Below are positions 39,636 to 49,810 of a DNA stretch of 64,000 nucleotides, one piece after another; the stretch's first letter is position 1, and every line of letters starts with the position of its first letter. Source of the DNA: an uncultured delta proteobacterium. Its GTDB lineage: Bacteria; Desulfobacterota; Binatia; Binatales; Binataceae. The position numbers and the translations under genes were made by a program. The notes under the pieces were generated by a model. The model searched no databases. It saw only the letters and a list, made by a program, of their open reading frames with translations, and had not been told where the DNA came from. The stretch spans positions 1,696,001 to 1,760,000 of the forward strand of contig CAVXXK010000001.1 in assembly GCA_963765675.1 (NCBI GenBank), given 5' to 3'.

Positions 39636-40204
39636 CGCAGTCTTCCATGTTTGACGTAGACGTCGATCACGCGCTCGACGGTGGCTTCGATCGCGAGGTC
39701 CGAGGTGTCGATGGTCGCGTCGGCGCGCGCGTATGCGCCCGCCCGCTCGGCCATCAGTTCGGTGATTCGTTCGAGCAGCGGCTTGCCGCCTTCGAGCAGT
39801 TTGGGCCGCCGCGCCGCGGTCCGCCTGACCCGGCGCGCGATCACTTCGGGCCGTGCGCTCAGGCAGATCACTACTCCGGCGGCGTGCAGCTCAGCGAAGT
39901 TCGCTTCATCGACGATCGCGCCGCCCCCCGTGGCAATGACTGCCGGGCGGCGCCGGCCGCACAGCGCGCAGCAGATCCGATCGCGCGCTAGCGCCGCGAT
40001 AGCCTCGCGCTCGAGCGCGCGCATCCGTGCCTCGCCCTCGTCGGCGAAGATCGCGGCGACCGTCTTGCCCGCGCGCGCGGCGACCGTCGCGTCGGTGTCT
40101 TCGAAGCGCCAGCCGAGCCGGCGCGCGACGATCGGACCGATCACGCTTTTACCAGTCGCCATGAAGCCGGTCAGGATCAGTTTCGGCGCCATCTCGTATG
40201 CCAT
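39617..40204 (-). CDS. aroK: Shikimate kinase
   Basis: GFMATGKS P-loop, 'VIATGGG', 'RPKL'. Confidence 0.95.
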   Translation of the reverse strand: MAYEMAPKLILTGFMATGKSVIGPIVARRLGWRFEDTDATVAARAGKTVAAIFADEGEARMRALEREAIAALARDRICCALCGRRRPAVIATGGGAIVDEANFAELHAAGVVICLSARPEVIARRVRRTAARRPKLLEGGKPLLERITELMAERAGAYARADATIDTSDLAIEATVERVIDVYVKHGRLRCNLSA

Positions 40205-40222
40205 CGCTGGGCGTCCGCGCGG

Positions 40223-41390
40223 TCAGTAACTGCGCACCTGCTCGAGGTAGCCATCCCAGTTGCGCGTGATCTCCACCAGCGAGTCGCCGCCGAATTTCTC
40301 CAGGAATGCGGCTGCGAGCTCGAAGGCAACCACCGCTTCGGCGATCACCGCGGCCGCGGGAATCGCGCATACGTCGGAGCGCTCGATCGTGCCGACCGCT
40401 TCGGCCTTGGTCCTCGTATCGACCGACTTGAGCGGTCGCATCAGGGTGGAAAGCGGCTTGAACGCGACCCGCACCGTCAGCGGCTCTCCGGTCGACATGC
40501 CGCCTTCCGTGCCGCCCGAATTGTTCGAGTCGCGCGTGAAGCGGCGCGCGCTCGCGTCGTAGCCGATCTCGTCGTGCAGGCCCGAGCCTCGTATGCGGCC
40601 GACCTGAAAGCCCGCGCCGAATTCGACGCCTTTTGCGGCCTGCAGGCTAAGGAGCGCGTGCGCTAGGCGCCCGTCGAGCTTGCGATCCCATTGCACGTGG
40701 CTGCCCAGCCCGACGGGAAGTCCGGTTGCGACCACCTCGACGACGCCGCCGAGTGTGTCGCCGGTTTTCTTGCACGCGTCGATCTCTTCGATGATCGCGC
40801 GCTCGGCGGCAGGATCGGTGACCCGCACCTGAGATTCTTCCGTGATGCGCCGCAGCTCGGCACAACTGAGATCGCGTCGGCGTCTTCGCCTCGGTCGCGC
40901 CGATACTCACGACGTACCCGAGCACGTCGATTCCGAACGGCCGCAGGAGCTCCATCGCAAGCGCGCCAATCGCAACCCGCGCAGTAGTCTCGCGAGCCGA
41001 GGCGCGCTCGAGCACGTCGCGAATATCGTCAAGGTTGTATTTGAGCACGCCCGCAAGATCGGCGTGGCCCGGCCGCGGCCGCGTGATCACCTTGGCCTCG
41101 CCCGCGTCGGCCGGATCGGCGGACATCCGTTTTTCCCAGTTCTTGAAATCGCGATTCGCGATGATGAACGTCACCGGGCTGCCCATCGTGCGCCCGAAGC
41201 GGATTCCCGAGACCGGACGAACCTCGTCCTTTTCAATCAGCATCCTGCCGCCGCGGCCGTAGCCTTTCTGGCGGCGCGCGAGCTGATGGTTGACGCGCGC
41301 GAGGTCGATTTCGAAGCCGGCGGGGACGCCCTCGACCACCGCGACGAGTTCGGGGCCGTGCGATTCACCGGCGGTGAGAAAACGGAGCAT
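40223..41390 (-). CDS. aroC: Chorismate synthase; +1 frameshift near 40876
   Basis: 'LRFLTAGESHG', 'PRPGHAD', 'ERASARET' then 'GDTLGG', 'GGTEGGMS', 'ERSDVC'. Confidence 0.96.
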
Positions 41391-41546
41391 CGATTAAATT
41401 CCCCTCCCGGCCGCGTAGCTGCTTCACCGGGGCATCACGATTCAACCATTCCGGACGATGGCTTGGAAGCAGGTGCGCGGCGGTTGCTCGCGCGCGATTC
41501 GGGAGTAGATTGCACTCGGCACCGCGCCTTGAGCGGACCCCCTTTG

Positions 41547-44021
41547 ATGCAGGCGAAAGTGGTAATCGTCGGAGCGGCGCACGGCGTCGATCAACTGACA
41601 TACGATATTCCGCCCGCGCTCGAGGGCCGCGTCGCACCCGGGCATCGCGTGCTGGTGCCGCTGCGCTCGCGCAAGGTCACGGCGGTGGTGCTCGAAGTCG
41701 CAGAGGCGCTGAATGCGGGCGCGCTCAAGCCGATCACGGAGCTGATGGAGCCGCAGCCGCTGTTCGATGCCGCGCATCTGAAGCTGCTTGAGTTCCTGGC
41801 GAGCTACTACATGGCGCCGCTCGGCGACGCATACCGCAGCGTCATTCCTTCGGTCGCGCGCGTCGAGTCGCGCGGCGAGTATCGTCTGGCTCTGACGCCG
41901 GACGTGCTGCGCTCCGCGGCGCTCAGCAAAGTCGAGCGCAAGATTATCGATCTCATTTCGCGCCGTCCCGCGCTTGCGAGCCGGCTCGACAAGCTCGGCC
42001 CGCCCGGCGAGGTTCGCGCCGCGCTCGCGCGCCTGCAGGGCGAAGGGATTGTCGAACGTCACGACGCCACCCGCGGACGGCATCGCGAGCGCGAGGAATT
42101 CTTCGCACGCATATCGCCGGCAGCGCAGACTCCAGCGTTGCGCGGCCCCAAGCAGCGCGAGGTTTACGCGCTCGTCGCTGCTGCCGGCGAAGCGGGACTC
42201 GCGCTCGACGGGCTGGCAGTGCAGATTCGCGGCGCGGGCGCGATCCTGAAATCGCTCGCGCGCCGCAAACTCCTCGAGCTCGCGCCCATCGCGGAAATCG
42301 CCGCCGAGCCCGCGCGCGTCGCCGGCTTCGAGTTGAGCGACGAACAAAAGGTCTCGGTAGACGCGGTCGCGCCTGCCGTTTTCCAGTCCCGTTTCGAGAC
42401 CTTTCTTCTGTGGGGTGTAACAGGCAGCGGCAAGACCGAGGTTTATCTTCATCTCGCCGCACGCGCGCTCGCGGCTGGGCGGCAGGTGCTCGTGATGGTG
42501 CCCGAAATCGCGCTCGCCGACGAAGTTGTGCGCTCGTTTCGCGCACGCTTTGGAGCGCTGGTTGCGGTCGCTCACAGTGCGCAGAATGTGAGCGAACGGT
42601 GGTCAAGCTGGATGAGCGCAATCGGTGGCGCGGCGCGAATCATGATTGGCCCGCGCTCGGTCATCTTCGCGCCGATTCGCGACGCGGGGCTGATTATCGT
42701 CGATGAAGAGCACGACGCCGCGTACAAGAACGAAGAGGGCATTCGTTATCACGCGCGCGATCTCGCGGTCGCGCTTGGCGGCTACAGCCGATGCCCCGTC
42801 GTGCTGGGCTCGGCGACTCCATCGACCGAGTCGTTCGCGAATTCGCGCCGCGGACGCTACCGGCTCCTGCGCCTTGCGCGGCGCGCGAATGATCGCGCGA
42901 TGGCGGATGTCGAGATTGTCGATCTGCGCCGAGCGATGCCCCCGCCGCTCGCGGCTCCTGCCGAGTCCGCGCGTAATGGCGCGGCACCGCCCGTCAAACC
43001 GTCCGCGCCCGCCGACGTGGTTCCGCTTTCGCCCGTGCTGATCGAAGCGATCCGAGCGAACCTCGCGGCGGGCGGACAGGCGATGGTGTTTCTCAATCGG
43101 CGTGGGTTTCACAATTTCCTGCAATGCAGTCTATGCGGCAATGTGATCGCGTGCGCGAATTGCAGCGTCAGCATGACGTTTCACATGCGCGACCGCTCGC
43201 TTCGGTGCCACTACTGCGGCAGCCACAGCCCGGCGCCGGACGTCTGCCCCGAGTGCAAAGGCTACGGACTCTCCGGCCAGGGTTTCGGCACCGAGCAGCT
43301 AACGTCGGCTCTTGAAGCAATCTTCCCCGATGCGCGCGTCGACAGGATGGACAGCGACACCAGCGGAAAGCGCGGGGCGCGCGCGCGAATCCTGGCGGCG
43401 CTGCGCGCGGGTGAGATCGATATCCTGGTCGGCACGCAGATGATCACCAAGGGGTTCGATTTTCCCGGCGTCACCCTCGCTGCCGTAGTGCTGGCCGATA
43501 TGGGACTCAACATGCCCGACTTTCGCTCCGCCGAGCGCACCTTCCAGGTGCTGACCCAAGTCGCCGGCCGCGCAGGCCGCGGCGAGCGCGCGGGCCGGGT
43601 GATTATCCAGACGCGCGCGCCGCACCATTACAGTGTCCGCGCGGCGCAGGGGCAGGATTACGCGCGCTTCGTGCGTCGCGAGCTCGAGCTGCGCAAGGAG
43701 CTGGGCTATCCGCCGTTCGCGCGCCTCGCGATGGTCCGGATCGAGGGCGAGGATTCGCGCCGCGTCGCGCAAGTCGCGGCGGCCGCTGCGCAAGCGCTCA
43801 CGCGCGCCTCGGCGTCGCCGGAGATTGTTCGCGTGCTGGGACCGTCGCCCGCGCCGATCGAGCGGATCAAGCAGCGCTACCGCTGGCAGGTGATGCTAAA
43901 ATCCAAGGAGCTGCGCCCGATGCGCGCGGCGCTCGCGGCGATGCGCGCCGAGATTGGTCCGATGGCCGAAGAGCACCGCGTCTATCTGATCATCGATATC
44001 GATCCGGTGCGGATGCTATAG
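41547..44021 (+). CDS. priA: Primosomal protein N' (replication restart helicase)
   Basis: GVTGSGKTEVY, DEEH, GSATPS, four CxxC motifs, 'QVAGRAGR', 'DIDP'. Confidence 0.97.
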   Translation: MQAKVVIVGAAHGVDQLTYDIPPALEGRVAPGHRVLVPLRSRKVTAVVLEVAEALNAGALKPITELMEPQPLFDAAHLKLLEFLASYYMAPLGDAYRSVIPSVARVESRGEYRLALTPDVLRSAALSKVERKIIDLISRRPALASRLDKLGPPGEVRAALARLQGEGIVERHDATRGRHREREEFFARISPAAQTPALRGPKQREVYALVAAAGEAGLALDGLAVQIRGAGAILKSLARRKLLELAPIAEIAAEPARVAGFELSDEQKVSVDAVAPAVFQSRFETFLLWGVTGSGKTEVYLHLAARALAAGRQVLVMVPEIALADEVVRSFRARFGALVAVAHSAQNVSERWSSWMSAIGGAARIMIGPRSVIFAPIRDAGLIIVDEEHDAAYKNEEGIRYHARDLAVALGGYSRCPVVLGSATPSTESFANSRRGRYRLLRLARRANDRAMADVEIVDLRRAMPPPLAAPAESARNGAAPPVKPSAPADVVPLSPVLIEAIRANLAAGGQAMVFLNRRGFHNFLQCSLCGNVIACANCSVSMTFHMRDRSLRCHYCGSHSPAPDVCPECKGYGLSGQGFGTEQLTSALEAIFPDARVDRMDSDTSGKRGARARILAALRAGEIDILVGTQMITKGFDFPGVTLAAVVLADMGLNMPDFRSAERTFQVLTQVAGRAGRGERAGRVIIQTRAPHHYSVRAAQGQDYARFVRRELELRKELGYPPFARLAMVRIEGEDSRRVAQVAAAAAQALTRASASPEIVRVLGPSPAPIERIKQRYRWQVMLKSKELRPMRAALAAMRAEIGPMAEEHRVYLIIDIDPVRML

Positions 44022-44053
44022 GCGCGGAGAAGTCTCGAAAGCAGGAACCGGTG

Positions 44054-44974
44054 ATGCAACCAGGTCATGACGCCGTGCCGCGGGCGCGGCACAGTTTCGA
44101 TGTGCGAATGGAAGACGGCGCGATCATCCGCGTGCGCCAGCATGGCGTTCCCGGCGGGCCGCGCATTGTCTTGAGCCACGGCAACGGCCTTGCGATCGAC
44201 GGCTACCTGCCGTTCTGGGGGCCGCTATGCGCGCGTTATGAAGTCGTGTTGTTCGATTTCCGCAATCACGGCCACAACCCGTTGCATCGCGAGGACGCGC
44301 ATCTGTGGACCCATTTCGTGACCGACATGGAGACGGTGTTCACGGCGATTCAGCGTGAGCTCGGCACGAAGCGCACCGCGGGCGTGTTTCATTCGCTCTC
44401 CGGCGTGACCGCCGCGATGCACGCGCGCAAGTACGGCAAACGCTTCGAGGCGCTGGTGCTGTTCGATCCGCCGATGTTTCCGCCTGAGGGTCATCGGCTG
44501 CGCGGCAATCAGGCGGAGGACAAGAACTCGCTCGCCGGCCGCGCGCGGCGGCGCACTGAACGCTACGCCGATCCGTCGATCCTCGCCGCGCAATTTCGCA
44601 AATACAATCCGCGCTGGCGGCCCGAGGCCTACGAGCTGATGGCGCGCGCGACGCTGCGCCACGACACTCGCGCCGGCGACTGGATTCTCGCCTGCCCGCG
44701 CGAGTTTGAAGCCAACGTGTTCTCGATCGTCGCCGATCCGAGCCTGTGGAACGCGATGGGCTCCCTGCCGGTGCCGGTCAAACTGATTTGCGGCGATCCG
44801 GATCTCATAGGCGTGATGCCGCCGGCGCTGATCGGCCGCGAACTCGCGCGCGAGCACGGCCTGCCCTACGAATCGATCCCGGGCACGACGCATTTCCTGC
44901 AAATCGAAAAACCCGAAGAATGCACCCGCGCGATGGAATCATTCCTCGCCAAGTACAATCTCGCCGCACGATAA
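44054..44974 (+). CDS. Alpha/beta-fold hydrolase
   Basis: 'LSHGNG', 'FDFRNHG', elbow 'FHSLSG', 'GTTHF'. Confidence 0.85.
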   Translation: MQPGHDAVPRARHSFDVRMEDGAIIRVRQHGVPGGPRIVLSHGNGLAIDGYLPFWGPLCARYEVVLFDFRNHGHNPLHREDAHLWTHFVTDMETVFTAIQRELGTKRTAGVFHSLSGVTAAMHARKYGKRFEALVLFDPPMFPPEGHRLRGNQAEDKNSLAGRARRRTERYADPSILAAQFRKYNPRWRPEAYELMARATLRHDTRAGDWILACPREFEANVFSIVADPSLWNAMGSLPVPVKLICGDPDLIGVMPPALIGRELAREHGLPYESIPGTTHFLQIEKPEECTRAMESFLAKYNLAAR

Positions 44975-45029
44975 GGGAGTTGAAAAATCGCTGTGCACCT
45001 CATTGTGAGAGGGCGTCGATGCCCAGGGC

Positions 45030-45300
45030 GAGATTCCTTGCGGAGATTGCCGTACGCCATGACGCCCACGACGCTCTACGCATTGCCGGCTCGCGCTCGG
45101 AATGACACAAAAGTCGAGAGACGTTCATTCCGATCGGAGGCAGCGGAGAGGTGTCATTCCGAGCCGTAAGCGAGGAATCCCGAGGCGGCCATGCTCCGCG
45201 TCAACATCACATGCAGCGGCGCTCGCGATCGGGATTGCCTTCGGCCTTGCTCAGGAAGGCTCTCGCGCGTCGGCGAAAGCCACGCGCGAGGGAATGAGCA
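45030..45300. repeat. Degenerate REP-like palindromic cluster (GTCATTCCGAGC family)
   Basis: 14-bp inverted repeat GCTCGGAATGACAC (45095..45108) / GTGTCATTCCGAGC (45151..45164); motifs related to 57209..57351. Confidence 0.6.
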
Positions 45301-45374
45301 ATCGAGCGATGGGCCCTGCGGCTTTCGAGCGGGCGGGCGCTTTGATAGATTTTTCGATCCTAGACGTAACGTAG

Positions 45375-45917
45375 ATGGCGCTGTTAAAAATCCGGAAATT
45401 TCCCGACGAGTCGCTCAAGACGGTCGCCAAACCGATTGAGAATATCGACGGCAAAATCAATTCACTCATCGACAGCATGGCGCAGACGATGTACTCCGCG
45501 CCCGGCGTCGGCCTGGCCGCGCCGCAGGTGGGAGAGTCCAAACGGATCGTGGTGCTCGACACCAATCACGACGAGCCCGGCAAGAATCTGCTCAAGCTCA
45601 TTAACCCACGCATCGTCGAGTCCGAGGGCAAAGTCGTCTGGGAAGAGGGATGCCTGTCTGTGATCGATTACTCCGCCGACGTTGAGCGCGCCGCGCGGGT
45701 GCTGGTTCGCGCGTGGACTCCCGATCAGGAAGAAATCGAGATCGAAGCCGACGATCTGCTCGCGGTCGCGCTGCAGCACGAGATCGATCATCTCGACGGC
45801 AAGCTGTTCATCGATCGAATCAGCCGGATCAAGCGCGAGCTCTACCGGCGCAAGCTCAAGAAGCTGATCAAGGATGGCAAGGCCGACGAACGTCCCCCCT
45901 CCAAGGTCAGGATCTGA
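45375..45917 (+). CDS. def: Peptide deformylase
   Basis: GVGLAAPQ, EGCLS, QHEIDH. Confidence 0.98.
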   Translation: MALLKIRKFPDESLKTVAKPIENIDGKINSLIDSMAQTMYSAPGVGLAAPQVGESKRIVVLDTNHDEPGKNLLKLINPRIVESEGKVVWEEGCLSVIDYSADVERAARVLVRAWTPDQEEIEIEADDLLAVALQHEIDHLDGKLFIDRISRIKRELYRRKLKKLIKDGKADERPPSKVRI

Positions 45918-46875
45918 AATCGGATCGCCGCTGAAAATAGTTTTCATGGGCACGCCCGCGCTCGCGGCGCATATTCTCGACCGCCTGGCGTCGCGGGCCG
46001 ACCCGCGCTTCAGCGTCGTCGCCGTCGTGACCCGGCCCGACGAGCCGCGCGGCCGCGGAATGGCGCTTGCCCCGAGCGAGGTCGGCACGGTCGCCGCACG
46101 GCATAAGCTCCCGGCGCTGAAGCCGGTAAAAGTTCGCACCCCGGAATTTCTGGTCGAGATCAAATCGTATGATCCCGATCTGCTTGTGGTTGCGGCGTAT
46201 GGAAGAATTCTGCCGCAGCCGATTCTTGACGCGGCGAAACTCGCGCCGATCAATGTCCACGCCTCACTGCTGCCGCGCTTTCGCGGCGCCGCGCCGATCG
46301 AGGGCGCGATTCTTTCAGGCGACGCCGAGACGGGTGTTACGATCATGCGCATCACGGCTGTGATGGATTCCGGACCGATCATTCTACGCCGCGCGATTCC
46401 GATCGCATCCGACGACACGCAGGGTTCTCTTAAGTCGAAGCTCGCCGAACTCGGCGCCAGCGCGTTGCTCGATGCGCTCGATCTCTACGCGCGCGGCGCC
46501 GCGGTTGAGACGCCGCAGGACGAATCGCTCGCGACTTACACCAAGCAAATCCGCAAAGAGGACGCGGTGATCGACTGGAGCGCCGACGCGGCGCGGATCG
46601 AGCGGATGACGCGCGCGTTCGATCCGTGGCCGGTCGCGCGGACGACGCTCGGCGGTGCGCCGATACTCATCTGGCGCGCGCGCGTCGCCGAATCCGGGCA
46701 CGAATCCTCGGCGGCGCCGGGAACGCTCGTCGTCGTCAAGCCCGAGCCGATCGTGCGATGCGGCCGTGGAGCGCTCGCGCTGCGCGAGGTTCAGGCGCCG
46801 GGGCGCAAGCGGATGCCCGCGGCGGATTTTTTCAACGGACGCCAGGTCGCGCCCGGCACGCGGCTCGGCGGATGA
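45874..46875 (+). CDS. fmt: Methionyl-tRNA formyltransferase (start may be near 45931)
   Basis: 'IVFMGTP', 'VVAAYG', 'INVHASLLPRFRGAAPI'. Confidence 0.97.
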   Translation: MARPTNVPPPRSGSEIGSPLKIVFMGTPALAAHILDRLASRADPRFSVVAVVTRPDEPRGRGMALAPSEVGTVAARHKLPALKPVKVRTPEFLVEIKSYDPDLLVVAAYGRILPQPILDAAKLAPINVHASLLPRFRGAAPIEGAILSGDAETGVTIMRITAVMDSGPIILRRAIPIASDDTQGSLKSKLAELGASALLDALDLYARGAAVETPQDESLATYTKQIRKEDAVIDWSADAARIERMTRAFDPWPVARTTLGGAPILIWRARVAESGHESSAAPGTLVVVKPEPIVRCGRGALALREVQAPGRKRMPAADFFNGRQVAPGTRLGG

Positions 46876-48269
46876 GCCCTCCTGTCAGGCATCCGCCCGC
46901 GCGCGCGGCCTCGCCGCGTTCCACCGACGAGGGTTTGCATGCGCGGCGAATCGCACTCGATATTCTGCTCGAAGTCGAGTACCGCGGCGGATACGCCGAC
47001 GCACTTCTCGGCGGAAAAATCGCATCGCTCGATCCTGCCGATCGCCGCTTGGTGACGCGCTTGGTCCTTGGCACGCTCGCGTGGCGCGGGCGGCTCGATT
47101 ACGAGCTCGAGCGGATGACGGAGCGCAAGCTCGCGCAAATCCAGCCCGAGGCGCTCGAAATCATGCGGATGGGTCTGCTGCAGCTCCGGTTTCTCGATCG
47201 GATGCCGCAGCATGCCGTCGTTTCCACTACCGTCGAACTTGCCAAGCGCAACGCCGGGACCAAGGTTGCCGCGGGATTTATCAACGCGATAATGCGCCGC
47301 GCGACGCGCGAGCAAATGGCGATGCCCCCGCGCGAGCCCGAACTGCCGCACTACCTCGCGATCGCGTATTCGCATCCGCGATGGCTCGTGGAGCGGTTCA
47401 TCGAATGGTTCGGCGCCGAAGACGCCGAGCGCCTGATGGCCGCCGATAACGAGGCTGCGCCCAACGTGATCCGGCTGAATCTCGTGCGCGGGTCGCGTGC
47501 GGAAATAATCGAGCGGCTCTCTGCCGAAGGTTTCCAGATGGGCAGCGGCGGCCACGCGCTCGAAACGATCGTGCTGGCCAGCGCCGCCCGCTTCGATTCC
47601 GAGGCCTATCGCGCCGGGCTGTTCGTCGCCCAATCGGAGGCCTCGCAACTCGTGGCGCGGATGCTCGCGCCGCGCGCGGGCGCGGTGATTATCGATCTGG
47701 CGGCGGCGCCTGGCGGCAAATCGACGCATCTGGCGGAGCTCGCGGGCAAGGACGCGCGGATAATTGCGCTTGACCGAAATCATGGCGGACTCAAGAACGC
47801 GCGCGAACTCGCCGCGCGCCTCAGGCATCCGAATATCGAATTCGTCCGTGCCGACGCGACGGCCGCGCTTCCGTTTCCCGCGCGCAGTGCAGACTTCATT
47901 CTGCTCGATGCGCCGTGCACCGGACTCGGCACGTTGCGGGAGCATCCGGAGATCAGATGGCGCGTGCAGTCTGGCGATCCCGCGCGGATGGCGATTGTGC
48001 AGTCAGCGATGCTCGCGAACGCCGCGGAGATTCTCCGGCCGGGCGGAGCGCTGGTTTATTCCGTATGCAGCCTCGCGCCCGAAGAGGGCGAGGGCGTAAT
48101 ACGAGAATTTCTTGCCGCGCATCGCGAGTTCGAAATCGATCGAGCGCCCGCGATTCGCGCCGAAGCGCCGGGCCTCTTCGACGACGCCGGTTTCATGCGC
48201 ACGCGGCCTGACCACGGCGGCCTCGACGGCTTCTTCGCCGCGCGCCTCGTCAGAAGGTCGCCGTCCTGA
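46872..48269 (+). CDS. rsmB: 16S rRNA (cytosine967-C5)-methyltransferase RsmB
   Basis: NusB-like N-terminus, 'YSHPRW', 'DLAAAPGGKS', 'DAPCTG', 'YSVCS', 'DGFF'; def-fmt-rsmB order. Confidence 0.96.
   Translation: MSPPVRHPPARAASPRSTDEGLHARRIALDILLEVEYRGGYADALLGGKIASLDPADRRLVTRLVLGTLAWRGRLDYELERMTERKLAQIQPEALEIMRMGLLQLRFLDRMPQHAVVSTTVELAKRNAGTKVAAGFINAIMRRATREQMAMPPREPELPHYLAIAYSHPRWLVERFIEWFGAEDAERLMAADNEAAPNVIRLNLVRGSRAEIIERLSAEGFQMGSGGHALETIVLASAARFDSEAYRAGLFVAQSEASQLVARMLAPRAGAVIIDLAAAPGGKSTHLAELAGKDARIIALDRNHGGLKNARELAARLRHPNIEFVRADATAALPFPARSADFILLDAPCTGLGTLREHPEIRWRVQSGDPARMAIVQSAMLANAAEILRPGGALVYSVCSLAPEEGEGVIREFLAAHREFEIDRAPAIRAEAPGLFDDAGFMRTRPDHGGLDGFFAARLVRRSPS
47981..48269 (+). repeat. 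Direct repeat copy 1 (rsmB 3' end)
   Basis: Aligns to 50327..50609; about 17 mismatches in the first 264 bp by hand count. Confidence 0.95.
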
Positions 48270-48275
48270 TCAATC

Positions 48276-49658
48276 CTATTGCCCGGAAGCTCGCAGAGTG
48301 TGCACGGTTCGCAGAGCGAGATTCTGGATCGCGTGACTCTCTCGCTGGCCCAACGCCATCACGCCCAGTCCCAAAACGATGACGGCCACCGATACCGCCG
48401 CCACGCGATAGAAAATCGGCTTGCTGCGAATCTGGCCGTAGACGATCGGAATATCGATAAGCGCGCTCGCCATCGAGGTGAGCACTACCGCCATCCCCGC
48501 GCTGTCGGGCGATATGCTCCCCGTCGCCGCGAGTGCCGCTGCGGTTGCGGTGGTGCTCGCGCTGCTCACCAGTCCCCCGACAATACTGAGCGCGAGGAAT
48601 CCCGTCGTGCCAAGATAGCGCTCGGCGAGAGTGCCCGCGGCGGCGATAGCGAGGAACATCGCGGCGAACTTCAGTACGTGCGGCAGCGAGATCGGCGACG
48701 AGAGGGAAAGCTGAGACACCGGATTGTCGCGCCGTCGCCCATGGAACCAAACCACCACTAGTGCGGCCAGCGTCATGGCGGCGAGCGGAAGCAGCGCGGT
48801 GCCGACCGCCATCGGCGCGAAGATCGCGAGAATCACGAGGTTGCGCAGGAACATCGCAACGCTGGTGACCATGATCACGCCGACCGCCATCAGCGGCGAG
48901 CTCTCCGCTTCTCGGAACAGGCCCGAGAGCTCGGCCGCCGCCGCGGTGCTGTTCACCAATCCGCCAAGGAAGGCCGCGTAGAACGTGCCGCGCGTGCCGT
49001 ATAGCCGCAGCATCAGGTAGTTCGCAAATCCGAGCCCCGCGATCACAACCACGATCAGCCAGGATTGTTTTGGATTGAGCAGCGCGAAAGGATCGACAAA
49101 TCTATCGGGCAGCAGCGGATAGATGACGAAGGTCAGCAAGCCCAAGAGCACCGCGCTGCGAATCTCTTCCGGCTGCAGGCCGCCCGCGAAACGCGACAAG
49201 CCTTCTTTCCACGCCAGCAGCATCGTCATCGCGATCGCCGCCGTGATTGCCGTGAAATAATGTCCTTGCCCGATCAGCGCGCCGAGCATCAGCGTCACCA
49301 GCAGCGCGGCCGAAGTGGTTATTTCCAGCGGAGCGTCGCGATCGATCACGTACGCTGAATCGCGCGCTCTCGCGGCGGGGTTTGCTTCAACCGGTTCGAG
49401 CCGCCAATTCTTTACGAGGTGATGCACATTCAGAAGGATCACGAGCAGAAAGGTTCCGCAAAGAGCCGCGATGAGAAGGTCGGGCGCGACAAGGCAGGTC
49501 AGGGTCCCGAGCAACGCGATAATCGCGAAGGTGCGGACGCCAACCGCCTTCTGCGCCCACTCTCGCTCCAGTCCGACGAGCAGTCCGACGGCGACGGCCA
49601 GCGCGATTTTCGACGCAACGTCCGCGCGGGCGAAGGAACTAACAACAACGGGCGTCAA
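48276..49658 (-). CDS. MgtC/SapB-family membrane protein with DUF4010-like C-terminal region
   Basis: 'GLLVGLERE..GVRTF', 'EITTSAAL', 'YPLLPD', 'LGGLVNSTA'; TTG start 9 nt after SD AGGAGGT. Confidence 0.88.
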   Translation of the reverse strand: MTPVVVSSFARADVASKIALAVAVGLLVGLEREWAQKAVGVRTFAIIALLGTLTCLVAPDLLIAALCGTFLLVILLNVHHLVKNWRLEPVEANPAARARDSAYVIDRDAPLEITTSAALLVTLMLGALIGQGHYFTAITAAIAMTMLLAWKEGLSRFAGGLQPEEIRSAVLLGLLTFVIYPLLPDRFVDPFALLNPKQSWLIVVVIAGLGFANYLMLRLYGTRGTFYAAFLGGLVNSTAAAAELSGLFREAESSPLMAVGVIMVTSVAMFLRNLVILAIFAPMAVGTALLPLAAMTLAALVVVWFHGRRRDNPVSQLSLSSPISLPHVLKFAAMFLAIAAAGTLAERYLGTTGFLALSIVGGLVSSASTTATAAALAATGSISPDSAGMAVVLTSMASALIDIPIVYGQIRSKPIFYRVAAVSVAVIVLGLGVMALGQRESHAIQNLALRTVHTLRASGQ

Positions 49659-49810
49659 GTCTTCCGAACCTCCTCCAACAAAAGCATCACGCAGGCAGTG
49701 CGCCTGCAAAAGTGAATACGCCACCGCGCCAGCCGAGAGCGGCGGTCGCATGATGCGATCTTCTCGGCGACGATCGATTAAATTGCTTGCTGACAGAAAG
49801 GAGGTGGCCG
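49659..49810 (-). promoter_or_regulatory. Structured spacer: anti-SD formed by leader Pro codons pairs with the SD of the MgtC-like gene
   Basis: ACCUCCU (49805..49799) complements AGGAGGU (49674..49668); nested stems AAGCA/UGCUU, GCCGAGA/UCUCGGC, GCAGGC/GCCUGC. Confidence 0.6.

Noticed and set aside
40842-41546. N-terminal extension making PriA 1059 aa
   Set aside because: It is the antisense frame of aroC; PriA-like sequence begins at about 41547
49659-49751. Longer ATG start (49751) for the MgtC-like gene
   Set aside because: No RBS there and it lies inside the structured spacer; the TTG at 49658 has a strong SD
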